From UHGV virus genome UHGV-0390997: 46,394 bases of DNA; one strand, written 5' to 3'. The position numbers were made by a program, and so were the translations under genes. The notes beneath the pieces were generated by a model. The model was not told the origin of the DNA and searched no databases. It saw nothing but the letters and a program-made list of their open reading frames with translations. Source of the stretch: a virus. Below are positions 7,225 to 16,523 of the stretch, piece after piece (within the stretch, counting starts at the first letter, position 1; the number at the start of each line of letters is the position of its first letter).

Positions 7225-9702
7225 TTACGGATAAATAGAGTCTGAATATTCAGTGAGTGAAAGCGTTTGCGTGTCATCACCGTTGGGTTTGGCGCTATCG
7301 ACGCGCCAGATTGTGGAGTTCAGTTCCGAGTCAGTAGCGATGAAATACCGGCTGGGGTTTTGTACCGTGTTGCGGTCATAAATGTTCAGAGCGAAGGTAT
7401 CGGCTGCAGCCTGAAATGCTTTGGGCTTGCCACTTACCGGATAAGCTCGCCAGCGCCCGCGGTAATTTCCGAGGCTGTCGGTCATCACCACCCACATATC
7501 GCCGAGTGAAAAGTCGATACGTTCTGACGTCGAGAACACATCCCCGGAGCGCCCGGTTATGTATCCAGTCTGCTGCGCGTTGTCGTACATGTCCGGACAC
7601 TGAACCACCGTACCGCGCACGACCTGCGTTTCTTCCAGCACTTTCACCGTCATGGTCAGGCGTGAGTAGAGGATTTTCCTCGCCTCAAGCCAGGCCCGAT
7701 CAGTTGCCTGAGTGGCGTTGCGGCAGCCATCCAGGCTGATCTGCATCGCGTTAACGGTAGCATCCTCAACCTCAGTGATACCGCTGCTGTCGATCTGCAG
7801 ATAGATGTACGCCTTCTTGTTCGTCAGCGGGTCAACATAATCCAGCGCCACGCCGTCATAACCACCGGGGAGGGACATTTGCCAGGCGACCTTGTACTCG
7901 TCCCAGAACATGTTTGAGCGCGCAAAAACCGCATCCGGATTTGTCACTTTCTCATCACGCCAGAACGTCAGCACATCGCCGATGTTGTTGCCGTCGACGC
8001 GAGCGACATTAGCGATCGTTGCTATGCGCTCACCAAGCGGCTGTTTTTCATCCGAGAAGGTGTAGTCGAAATAACCTAGCGCCTCATCTGACATCGAATC
8101 AGCGATCGCATAGAGTGCGACGATATCCAGGCTACCAACGTCCTGCTTACTTACGACAATCCACTCGTGCAGGATAGCGTCGGCAAACGACCGACTTGGC
8201 CGCAGCGTGTAATCGACCGCGCCGGTCGTCCGGTCGTAGCTGATGGTATGCCGCTGCGCCAGCATGTTGTACTTCTGCTCTCTGTTGCTGTTGCTGTCGT
8301 TCGACCCCTTTATCGTGATACGGGCAATCGTGTCTTCTGGATAAACGACGTTTTCCCGAACGTTAACTGCGTGGATCGCCATTAACGTTACGACGTTGGC
8401 ATCGTTGCTGTTATCGAGGCGCTCGATGGTCACCGCATAGCGCCCCGCCGCTGCGACCGGGGTGAATTTATGCGTCGTACGGAAATATCTGGTCGTTACC
8501 TGGAAATCGTTGTCGAAGAAATAATCGTACTGCTCTGAGGTCCCTGGCACCTGATTGTTATCGTCATCAACCATCCAGAAGCTAATCCGGTATTGCGTTG
8601 TGCCGGCGGTCGCGCCGAGCTGAACAAGCACATGCACCCACACCTGAGTGGAGACGATAGGCGAGACTGACGGCCCGATAACCAGAGGGGTCTGGTCATT
8701 CAGCGTGAACAGAGTCGCGTTGATAACCGCATTACCCGGCAGCGAAGTAATTTCTCCAGAGAGCTCGCCGATATAAAACGTCGTGTACGACAGCGTGTCG
8801 TCGCCGATGAAGCTCTCTGATGAGATGATATTCCCGGCGCCGGTGACGTTCCGAGTAACGCTTGTGCCGCCGTCGTTCCATGTGGCATTGATGACGAACG
8901 TAACCGGGTGCGGCACCGCCAGTGCTGCAAAGTAGGCAAAGTTATCGTCGTTCGACAGAACAACAGCCTTGAGCTGATTACTTTCGATCGCCACCGATGT
9001 CGGCGCCGTCGTGGTTGCTGTCTGGGCCGGGAAGTCCTGACTTTCGTTCAGGCCGGGGACTGTCTCGTTATCGACGTCATCGAACTGATACCCGACTTCA
9101 ATCGTGCCGATCACGTCACCCGGGTTATAGATCGCAGAACTGGCGCCCGCCAGGCTGCCGAGGTTCGATTCCGAGTAGCGGATCGAGGAAATGGTGTACC
9201 GGCCGTAACCGACCTCGAACCACTCCGTAAGCTGTTTGTTATTGTCGACGAACTCAAACAGCGCTTCCTGAATCAAATCGGGAAACACGCGGCACTGGCC
9301 GTAAATGTTAGGGCGCCCCTTGTAGAGTCGCGCGCGGTTCGTCTGGCCGGTTAAGTCGTTGTTAGGGGATTCGCCTGTAGCCACCGATACCGAAGCGCTG
9401 GGTTTGTTTGACAGGCCGAATACCTTCAGCGCACCGGACAGAATTTTTGATACCGGACGCAATATTGTGGTGACCAGTTTTCCGACTCCGCCCTCCGGCT
9501 GGTCGAACACCGCCACGACGTCACCGGCACTCAGTGGCCGGCTGATATCGTAATCGTCAGGCAGCGCTCGGCCATTCAGTTTCACGATAACATCGCGGTG
9601 CAGCTGCAGAGAATCCAGCAGGCTCACCAGTGTGGTGCCGGCATCTACCGTTCCCCGCTGCAGCGGGGCGCCAGGCAGCCTCTGTAACTCATATCGCACC
9701 AT
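7225..9702 (-). CDS. central tail fibre / host-specificity protein (J-like, 825 aa)
   Basis: Large ORF immediately after the NlpC/P60 tail gene; its N-terminus is the conserved phage tail-tip family; position equals lambda J. Confidence 0.7.
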   Translation of the reverse strand: MVRYELQRLPGAPLQRGTVDAGTTLVSLLDSLQLHRDVIVKLNGRALPDDYDISRPLSAGDVVAVFDQPEGGVGKLVTTILRPVSKILSGALKVFGLSNKPSASVSVATGESPNNDLTGQTNRARLYKGRPNIYGQCRVFPDLIQEALFEFVDNNKQLTEWFEVGYGRYTISSIRYSESNLGSLAGASSAIYNPGDVIGTIEVGYQFDDVDNETVPGLNESQDFPAQTATTTAPTSVAIESNQLKAVVLSNDDNFAYFAALAVPHPVTFVINATWNDGGTSVTRNVTGAGNIISSESFIGDDTLSYTTFYIGELSGEITSLPGNAVINATLFTLNDQTPLVIGPSVSPIVSTQVWVHVLVQLGATAGTTQYRISFWMVDDDNNQVPGTSEQYDYFFDNDFQVTTRYFRTTHKFTPVAAAGRYAVTIERLDNSNDANVVTLMAIHAVNVRENVVYPEDTIARITIKGSNDSNSNREQKYNMLAQRHTISYDRTTGAVDYTLRPSRSFADAILHEWIVVSKQDVGSLDIVALYAIADSMSDEALGYFDYTFSDEKQPLGERIATIANVARVDGNNIGDVLTFWRDEKVTNPDAVFARSNMFWDEYKVAWQMSLPGGYDGVALDYVDPLTNKKAYIYLQIDSSGITEVEDATVNAMQISLDGCRNATQATDRAWLEARKILYSRLTMTVKVLEETQVVRGTVVQCPDMYDNAQQTGYITGRSGDVFSTSERIDFSLGDMWVVMTDSLGNYRGRWRAYPVSGKPKAFQAAADTFALNIYDRNTVQNPSRYFIATDSELNSTIWRVDSAKPNGDDTQTLSLTEYSDSIYP

Positions 9703-10084
9703 GCACCATGTACTCCACTTTGCTGTAAACCTTCAGTAATGCCAGCGGGCTATCGCAGCGCACAAAACCAAACTCCCCGCGGGCATGCAGGCACTTAACC
9801 GGGCTGATCATCACACCGATATGCGCCGGCACTTCGCCGCGGTAAAAAACGGCGATGCATCCGGTGGCCGCCACCGGCACACGCCGCCAGTGCGTGCGCT
9901 CCTGTTCGTAGCAGGTGATGAAATCCGCGCCCGATTCGTAGCCGGCGATGTGATGCAGCTCCAGTCCGAGCACATGCCGGTAATAGAGAACCACCAGGCC
10001 CCAGCAGTCCATCTGCTCAAAACTGCAGGCGCGATTAGCCCAGGGCTTGCCGTTAACAATTCCGATAAAGTCGCTCTGTGTCAT
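9689..10084 (-). CDS. tail assembly protein with NlpC/P60 peptidase domain (gpK C-terminal-like)
   Basis: Catalytic Cys context DCWGLV with downstream His residues; 131 aa; position between the minor tail genes and J. Confidence 0.8.
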   Translation of the reverse strand: MTQSDFIGIVNGKPWANRACSFEQMDCWGLVVLYYRHVLGLELHHIAGYESGADFITCYEQERTHWRRVPVAATGCIAVFYRGEVPAHIGVMISPVKCLHARGEFGFVRCDSPLALLKVYSKVEYMVHGAI

Positions 10085-10551
10085 ACGGTGATTAGCCCGG
10101 GATAGTCTTTCGTGGTGTAAATGATGGAGTTGGCCAGCGTCAGCGGGTTAGTCTTTCCGGCGGTCACAGTGACGTTGCTGGCATCGGCGGAAATGTCGTT
10201 CACGTAAAGCGTCCAGTCTTTCAGGGTTGATGCATCGCCGATCGCATTCCACTGCTGATACAGGCATTTTATCGGCGTCATGCGCGCCGCCCCGCGCCAG
10301 CTTTTCAGTGTCTGCCGGACATGCTCCGTCGCGGCGACAAAAGTGATCGTCATTGATATGACCGCCGTTCCGTCCTGCGCTGGCTCGGTCACGCTGAACC
10401 GCGCAGGTTCGAATGAGTTTCCGCCAAACGTTGCCGGGCGAAACAGGTTATTGACCACCCGGTAATAACCAAACTCAGGGTGATAAAACTCCACCGTCTG
10501 TTTGATGTCGCTCGCCGGCCGGCGCTCCTTCCACTCTCTCAATGTCGGCAT
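10081..10551 (-). CDS. minor tail protein (L-position)
   Basis: Synteny (tape measure, M-like, L-like, K-like, J-like); ATGA-coupled. Confidence 0.55.
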   Translation of the reverse strand: MPTLREWKERRPASDIKQTVEFYHPEFGYYRVVNNLFRPATFGGNSFEPARFSVTEPAQDGTAVISMTITFVAATEHVRQTLKSWRGAARMTPIKCLYQQWNAIGDASTLKDWTLYVNDISADASNVTVTAGKTNPLTLANSIIYTTKDYPGLITV

Positions 10552-11042
10552 CAGTCGGCCCTCGGCATCACTTCGGTGATCAGGTAATCCAGCCAGTATC
10601 CATAGCCAGGCTGAGCCTCAACAATCCAGTCGTCATAGTCCTCGGTAATGTCCTCGATACCGTTGCTTATAACCGTTGCGGTCCAGGTGACAATGTTGCC
10701 GTTTTTGCTGGTCTGCACCGGCATGTCGACGAAATGCAGAGTCTGCTGCTGAACGCCCTGCGTATCACCCAGGTCGATCGGCATCTGGAACCAGTTGCGC
10801 CCGCGGTCGCAGTATGTCGGCGAGCGAAGCCACGACTTAAACCGCTCGGCCTGGGCCAGCGTGAATATCCACTGCAGCGTCCATGTCGCTTTAAGGTCCG
10901 TAGTGATCGGCGTGATTATCAATGGACCGACTGCCGTCTGCGTCGTCTGCCAGGCTGTATCCTGCGTCATGTTCTGATCGGCGCGCTGGGGAAGCGGCAG
11001 GAACGGAGGGTATTGAACTGTTGCCACGTTTCCTCCGGGCAT
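10551..11042 (-). CDS. minor (distal) tail protein (M-position)
   Basis: First gene after the tape measure; its start codon lies inside the 38-bp repeat. Confidence 0.55.
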   Translation of the reverse strand: MPGGNVATVQYPPFLPLPQRADQNMTQDTAWQTTQTAVGPLIITPITTDLKATWTLQWIFTLAQAERFKSWLRSPTYCDRGRNWFQMPIDLGDTQGVQQQTLHFVDMPVQTSKNGNIVTWTATVISNGIEDITEDYDDWIVEAQPGYGYWLDYLITEVMPRAD

Positions 11043-11071
11043 TAAAAAACCCGCCGGAGCGGGTTTGGTTT
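11034..11071. repeat. 38-bp direct repeat copy 1 (CTCCGGGCATTAAAAAACCCGCCGGAGCGGGTTTGGTT) abutting the tape-measure stop codon
   Basis: Identical to 13710..13747. Contains the hairpin CCCGCcggaGCGGG flanked by A6/T6, plus TAATGCCCGGAG with an in-frame ATG used by the downstream gene. Confidence 0.9.
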
Positions 11072-13703
11072 AGTAAGCACCTTGCGCTTTGCGACTTAGT
11101 CCAAATGTCTGCTGCATCTGAGAGGATACCGGGCCGCCTCTTTCCATATCGGTGATCAGCAAGTCCACCACTGCGCTACCGTCCTGCATATAGCCGTCGG
11201 CACTCTGTACGGTGGCACCTGTAGACTGGTTAATGACGTTCACCTGCACGCTAATCCCTCCTCCTGACTGCATATCCTTATTGCTGATGACCTTGCCGTT
11301 ATCGCCGGGGATCATGTACTGCTTGCCGGTGCTGGCCTGGTAAATCTCTGGTTTTCCGCCTTCACCCACCTGATACATTGAGCCAGCAGATACTGGGCCA
11401 CCATTTTTACGCTTGCCTGCCAATGCCATAACGCCAGCCATAGCGCCAAGACCGATAGCAACTGCACCACCCCATGAGGCTATAGAGGACATAATTGCAG
11501 CTGGAGTCCATGCTGCAGTGGTAGTGGCCGCCGCCGCGGTGCTTGCCGCTGTCTGAGTGGTTATCCCTGCGACTTGTGCGGCCGTAGTTGCTGCTATTGC
11601 AGTCTGCTGGGTGGTCGCACCCATAATCGCGTTTCTGGCCCACTCAACACCCATTTGAACGAATGCGTTTACAAGGCTGTTCAGAACGGTGCTGGCAAGT
11701 GATTGCGCTGCTTCCTGTGCGCTCATACTTCCTGTAATTATGCCGGTAAGGGCGTTAGAAGCATTACCAGCCAGAGCATCGAATGAAGCAGCTATGGCCT
11801 CATTGCCAAGGCTCTGATTCCGGTAAACCTCCCACATAGCAGCGGTTCTCTGCTGCTCATACTGAGTGTCAGCGGCTTTTTTCAGTGCTAAGGCCTGAGT
11901 GTGAGCGATAACCCCTTGCTGCTCGAACTGCTGAATCAGCGCCAACTCCTGCGCGTGCTGGTTGGCCAACTGCTGCACCGGGTCAACTTCACCAATTGCC
12001 TGCTGGGTGGGATTAACCACCTGCTGAGAGCGTATTTTGGCGAGGTTGGCCTGATGCTGCTGCTCCATCTGCTCAGTGGCTGCGTTGTACTCCTGCAGAT
12101 CAATCTTCCCGGCGTTCAGCGCAGCTTTCAGGTTCTGCATGGATTGAGCGTAGGATTTATTCTCCGCCTGTTCCGGAATGGCATTAAGCGCCTCTGTTAC
12201 CCCCTTCGCCGCTGCGGCTGCATCCCAGGCGGCTGCTGCGTATTTTCCTGCCTCCTGGATTTGAGCCTGAGTAGCTGATTTACCGAGAGACTGCTGCGCT
12301 CGCAATATCGCCTGCTCACGGCTCAATTCCTGCGTTGAGGCCGCTGCAAGCTCAGACTGCTGGCGAAGGTTTTCAAGTTTTTGGGCTATAGACTCAGCGG
12401 TGGAAGCAGACTGCTTCCCGGCTTTATCGCTTTCCTTCCTGGCCTCCGTAACCCGGTAGGTTTCGGCGTATTCGTCCTGCAGCGCTTTTATTCGCTTAGG
12501 ATCGGTCACACCGGCATCAGCAGCATCATATTGGGCCTGAAGCCTGGCTCGCGCCTCGCCTTCAAGTTTGGCCAACGCAAGACGGCGTTCAGAGTTTTGA
12601 ACCAGCTTCTTTGTTGCGGCATCATCGCCTTTGGTCGGCGGCGCATTAAACTGGTTGCTTCCTGCGTCCTTCTGAGCCTTTGCTCGAATGTGGGCTATTT
12701 CCCCCTCGATCTGCTTCAGCTGCACTGCTGCCTGCGCCCTTCTGGCCTGAAAAACTGAGTCAGTTTCATACCATCTCTGGCCATCTTTCAGCTCATTGTT
12801 CAGATCCTGCTGGAGCTTGATCAGCTTCGGCATTCTTGAAGAATCGCCGACATTGTTGTTGTAGTAATTGAGGTTATCCGCGACGCTCTGCATTAATCCT
12901 GCAAGTGTCGTGGTCAGGCCTATTGCCTGGTTCAGGTCGTTAATAGCATTTTTGAAGGCCACATCGAGGCTGTTCTTTGCGCGATCAATGCTGACCGGCA
13001 TTTTATCGAACTCTTCATTGACCGACTGCGACTGACGTTGAATGGCGTTCAGAGCATCCTGAGCCGTCAGTTTACCTTCCAGCATTCTCTTGCGAAGATC
13101 GCCGATTGATATCCCCAGCCCCGCTGCAATCTGGCGCGCAAGTTCAGGCATCTGCTCAAGAATAGAGTTGAACTCTTCAGCACGGACGATACCGCCAGAA
13201 ATAGACTGGCCGAACTGCCGCAATGCGTTTGCCATTTCCTCAGTAGAGGACCCACCGATCGTACCAATTTTTTGCAGTGTCGACGTCAACCCGAGAATTT
13301 GCGAGTTAGTGGCGCCAGTCTCCTTTAACGCTGTCGTCAGTGATTCCCATAACCTCTCAGTTTCTGACAGGCTATTACCTGTTTGAGCTGCGATTGCAGA
13401 CAGGGAGGCAAGTGTTTCTTTGGCCACGTCAATGCTGGGGCTTAGTCTGGCTATCCTCGCCTGTAGAGTAACCATCTCGTCGCCGATGGCGATAAGCTTC
13501 TTCGCTGCATCAATGGTGAAAGCTGCTGCAATGGCAACGCCAACTTTATTTAAAGCACCTTCGAAGCGCCCGGCAGATCGTGATGATTGTTCAAACTTGG
13601 CGTCCATTTGGTCAAGACGCTTATTAACCTGCTGCTGCGCCTGGATCAGGCCGGATACGTTAGCTTCAATGTCATAATAAATTTCACCTGCTTTTTCTGC
13701 CAT
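11070..13703 (-). CDS. tail tape measure protein (877 aa)
   Basis: Long coiled-coil/Ala-Gln-rich protein with a C-terminal hydrophobic/Gly-rich segment; position before the tail-tip genes. Confidence 0.9.
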   Translation of the reverse strand: MAEKAGEIYYDIEANVSGLIQAQQQVNKRLDQMDAKFEQSSRSAGRFEGALNKVGVAIAAAFTIDAAKKLIAIGDEMVTLQARIARLSPSIDVAKETLASLSAIAAQTGNSLSETERLWESLTTALKETGATNSQILGLTSTLQKIGTIGGSSTEEMANALRQFGQSISGGIVRAEEFNSILEQMPELARQIAAGLGISIGDLRKRMLEGKLTAQDALNAIQRQSQSVNEEFDKMPVSIDRAKNSLDVAFKNAINDLNQAIGLTTTLAGLMQSVADNLNYYNNNVGDSSRMPKLIKLQQDLNNELKDGQRWYETDSVFQARRAQAAVQLKQIEGEIAHIRAKAQKDAGSNQFNAPPTKGDDAATKKLVQNSERRLALAKLEGEARARLQAQYDAADAGVTDPKRIKALQDEYAETYRVTEARKESDKAGKQSASTAESIAQKLENLRQQSELAAASTQELSREQAILRAQQSLGKSATQAQIQEAGKYAAAAWDAAAAAKGVTEALNAIPEQAENKSYAQSMQNLKAALNAGKIDLQEYNAATEQMEQQHQANLAKIRSQQVVNPTQQAIGEVDPVQQLANQHAQELALIQQFEQQGVIAHTQALALKKAADTQYEQQRTAAMWEVYRNQSLGNEAIAASFDALAGNASNALTGIITGSMSAQEAAQSLASTVLNSLVNAFVQMGVEWARNAIMGATTQQTAIAATTAAQVAGITTQTAASTAAAATTTAAWTPAAIMSSIASWGGAVAIGLGAMAGVMALAGKRKNGGPVSAGSMYQVGEGGKPEIYQASTGKQYMIPGDNGKVISNKDMQSGGGISVQVNVINQSTGATVQSADGYMQDGSAVVDLLITDMERGGPVSSQMQQTFGLSRKAQGAY

Positions 13704-13709
13704 CGCATA

Positions 13710-13747
13710 CTCCGGGCATTAAAAAACCCGCCGGAGCGGGTTTGGTT
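13710..13747. repeat. 38-bp direct repeat copy 2, 7 nt upstream of the tape-measure start
   Basis: Exact 38/38 match to 11034..11071; also serves as a terminator-like hairpin after the moron gene ending at 13746. Confidence 0.9.
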
Positions 13748-14075
13748 ATTTACAGGCCTGTTGGCCTATATAATACGCTATTGAATTATCAACTATTGGA
13801 GACATGCCTTCGTCAGGCTTGGATGCTTTCATTTGTTCCAGCGTGTCCCCATCACCAAGATACTTCACCGTCCACGATGTGCAGTCATACAGGCGCTGTG
13901 AGTAGGATGTCCCTGACGGGCCCTCTCTCATGGTCGTGATGGTTGCCATGGAGCCGTTCAAGTTTTTATCAATGATGGTGTATTTGGCTTTCAAATCCGT
14001 TGGAATGCTGAATGTCGTAGCTGATACTGCGCTAAATGACATCAGTGCCAAGAGCGCAAATAAAGCCTTTTTCAT
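13746..14075 (-). CDS. secreted protein with signal peptide, possible PliC/MliC-family lysozyme inhibitor (moron)
   Basis: Signal peptide MKKALFALLALMSFSAVSA; the motif EGPSGTSY...W.VKYLGDGDT resembles the MliC/PliC S-x-SGA-x-Y...KGDEA signature. Homology is unconfirmed. Confidence 0.4.
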   Translation of the reverse strand: MKKALFALLALMSFSAVSATTFSIPTDLKAKYTIIDKNLNGSMATITTMREGPSGTSYSQRLYDCTSWTVKYLGDGDTLEQMKASKPDEGMSPIVDNSIAYYIGQQACK

Positions 14076-14179
14076 ATCCCTATCCCCACTGGTTGGTTTT
14101 GGACAGATTAGCAGGGATATATCAGGTTTCAATGCAACCAAAAGCAAAAAACCTCACCGAAGTGAGGTTGTCTCTGTAC

Positions 14180-14572
14180 TTAATCGGCCCAGCCAGATTT
14201 AGTATTGATAGCCGACTCTGCCATTGTGTACTTGGCTACTACATCGTCTTTAAACAGGATGGTAAGTTCTTTCTTGGTGCCGTTAGTTCCGTTATGGAAG
14301 AGGCCATAGAAAGGTATGAACGTAGTCCCGTTAACTTTCACTTTGGCGAAAGCGTACTTCCAGATCTCATTGCCACCGTCAGTATACGACACTGAATCCG
14401 GGGAGCCGAATGTCGTTTTAACCTCTGCCTTGGTAGTTTTCCCTTCCTGCAGTTTAGACTTTACGCTGATTTCTGTTTCCTTGCTGAGTTGCTGGTTTCC
14501 TGAGGAAGCGCAGCCTGCCAGAGTCAAAGCAATCGCAGTAGCGACTAAAATTTTCTTCATTTTTGTAATCAT
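14180..14572 (-). CDS. lipoprotein with SmpA/OmlA (BamE-like) domain (moron)
   Basis: Lipobox LTLAGC after a signal peptide. KAEVKTTFGSPDSV...EIWKY matches the BamE fold motif (G.T...V...LG.P.....W.Y). Confidence 0.5.
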   Translation of the reverse strand: MITKMKKILVATAIALTLAGCASSGNQQLSKETEISVKSKLQEGKTTKAEVKTTFGSPDSVSYTDGGNEIWKYAFAKVKVNGTTFIPFYGLFHNGTNGTKKELTILFKDDVVAKYTMAESAINTKSGWAD

Positions 14573-14637
14573 CCCTTTGGTATTGTTCGGACTAATCCTA
14601 ACAGGGATGCGGCCGACAAAAAACCCGCCATATTGTG

Positions 14638-14958
14638 CTATAGGAATGAGGTGATTTGCTCTCTTTTCTGCTTTTGGCTTTTAGCACCGTGCCATTCATG
14701 GAGCACTGTTCCATCGGTTGATTTAACGACGGCGATGTCCAACTCATGAAGGAATATTATTCCCTCGCAATCCTTATTCCCTGTCGTGCGCCATAAAACC
14801 ACAGGATGGGCGTTGTCATCATCACCTTTGCAGGGTGCCCTTACTCCGAGGGAAACGTCGTATACTTCAATTATGGACTGAGTCATGCCGCCATGCATCG
14901 TCCGGCCTGAATTCAAGGTGATATGAAGGTACATGATCATCTCCAGATGAAAGCCCAC
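14638..14958 (-). CDS. hypothetical protein (up to 106 aa; moron)
   Basis: ORF inside the moron island; no family recognised. Confidence 0.35.
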   Translation of the reverse strand: MGFHLEMIMYLHITLNSGRTMHGGMTQSIIEVYDVSLGVRAPCKGDDDNAHPVVLWRTTGNKDCEGIIFLHELDIAVVKSTDGTVLHEWHGAKSQKQKREQITSFL

Positions 14959-14994
14959 CGTGGCGGGCTATCTTGAATGGTAAGTTTAGGATGT

Positions 14995-15525
14995 TCACGC
15001 CTCAAATCCTGGGAGGTACATCTGAACCTCATCGACCACACGGGCGCGGGCTGCCATAAGCAGGCGCTTTCTTCCTCCGGCACCCCACTTGCCCATTCGA
15101 CTTGCGCATTGACTAACTTCCTTCGTTTCAGCGTTTATCACATGGTCGATTTTATTTAGGCGGGCCATGGCATCAAATCCCTGACGGACAAGAGACTGGA
15201 ATGTCTGATAAACGCGGATTTCAAACTCAGCACTGAGCCACGCAGCATAACGAATAGCGACGATCTCCAGAGCCCAGACGCCTTGATTCAAACCACCGTT
15301 AATAACCTTAACTGGTTGATTTTCCTCCAGAGTGCATTTTTGCATTCTGGCTAAAGTCTGAACAAAATATTTAACCTTTTTGGCGCGAAGAAACTGGCTT
15401 GGTCCCTGATTCTCTTTGGCTTGGCCGCTACATACCGCCGAAGCGTGCAGGTCATTCAGGCTGTAGCGCCCCTGGTCATCGACACGAACGGAGACGCCGT
15501 TCACTGATACCGTTGGATATTTCAT
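14995..15525 (-). CDS. KilA-N domain protein (176 aa)
   Basis: N-terminal VSVNGVSVRVDDQGRYSLNDLHASAV... is typical of the KilA-N DNA-binding domain of phage antirepressor/KilA proteins. Confidence 0.65.
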   Translation of the reverse strand: MKYPTVSVNGVSVRVDDQGRYSLNDLHASAVCSGQAKENQGPSQFLRAKKVKYFVQTLARMQKCTLEENQPVKVINGGLNQGVWALEIVAIRYAAWLSAEFEIRVYQTFQSLVRQGFDAMARLNKIDHVINAETKEVSQCASRMGKWGAGGRKRLLMAARARVVDEVQMYLPGFEA

Positions 15526-15693
15526 ATCGGCTTACCTTTTAGTGATGAACCTTGTCGCACAGGAAACCGGCCCACAGAAGGCACCGACAGCCAGCCGGCA
15601 TCCTCAAGGGTCATCCTGAAAGGTTCTGTGTTAAATGCGCGTGCGAAGCGCGTCAGAAGTGAGTGGGCATTAGCCGCTCACGAACAAACGGAT

Positions 15694-15720
15694 ATAAAAA
15701 AGCCCCGCGGATGCGAGGCT
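15694..15720 (-). terminator. rho-independent terminator after gene 15742..16455
   Basis: Minus-strand GCCTCGCATCCGCGGGGC followed by TTTTTTAT. It is near-identical to the hairpin at 30964..30992. Confidence 0.6.
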
Positions 15721-15741
15721 GATATTCGGTTAGTGCTGAGG

Positions 15742-16455
15742 TTATTTCTTCGTGCGGCTTGTCATGGATCGCTCCTGCTCCATAATTGCCTGCCAGCGGC
15801 GATCGTCTTCGTCCATGACCGTGTCGTACTCTTCGCGCGTGAAGCCGTTCTGATTGGGGTATTTGGCGTTAATCATCATGGCGAACTCTGTCATCGTGAG
15901 GTTCTCGGCCTCTTCCCGGCTTATGCCGAAATGGTTGCGGGCCGCCATGATGTAGTCAGCTGCGCGGAATTCTGCGGTTGTCTCATTCGTTTCGTAACGC
16001 TGCAGCTTACGCACCTTCGCTTTGCCGATGATGCCGTGCATCATCAGGTTTTGCGCGACAATGACCATGCTTTCCGGCGGCATGCTTCCCGGGCGCCACA
16101 CGAAGCCACGCTTGCGTGATTTCCCCGGTTTCATCCAGCCAACCAGATCGCCGATATCGTCGTCACAGCAGGCTGTCAGTACCGTATGCGCGGCCATGAC
16201 CGCTTTGCGTGACAGGAGGCCGCTTTGCATAAACCGCAGGACGCAATCAGGAAGGCGGCTGTACTCATCGCTGATATAAGCCTCGGCTGCGCGCTGTGCG
16301 AATGGTGTCGTCTCGTCATTGCACAGGTCATAGAACGCCTGGACAATTTCCTCTGGCTCACCGATTCGCGCCATGTTGCGAAAAGACGGACGGAAAAAGA
16401 ATTCCCGGTCACCGGTACCGATAACGCATTCGCCTAATTCTTTAATCGGGGTCAT
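15742..16455 (-). CDS. hypothetical protein in the G/GT tail-assembly-chaperone position (237 aa)
   Basis: Located between the major tail protein and tape measure genes; assignment is by synteny only. Confidence 0.35.
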   Translation of the reverse strand: MTPIKELGECVIGTGDREFFFRPSFRNMARIGEPEEIVQAFYDLCNDETTPFAQRAAEAYISDEYSRLPDCVLRFMQSGLLSRKAVMAAHTVLTACCDDDIGDLVGWMKPGKSRKRGFVWRPGSMPPESMVIVAQNLMMHGIIGKAKVRKLQRYETNETTAEFRAADYIMAARNHFGISREEAENLTMTEFAMMINAKYPNQNGFTREEYDTVMDEDDRRWQAIMEQERSMTSRTKK

Positions 16456-16523
16456 AGTCGCTCCATAAACAGTATCAAGGGCGCATAAACGCCCTTTGTA
16501 CTATTCACGAAATAGCCTGGTGG

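Noticed and set aside
11407-12758. Plus-strand ORFs (11901..12278, 12381..12758, 13090..13386, 13420..13677) and the minus-strand ORF 11407..11643 inside the tape measure gene
   Set aside because: They lie entirely within the 877-aa tape measure CDS in antisense or alternate frames, have low-complexity composition and lack an RBS.
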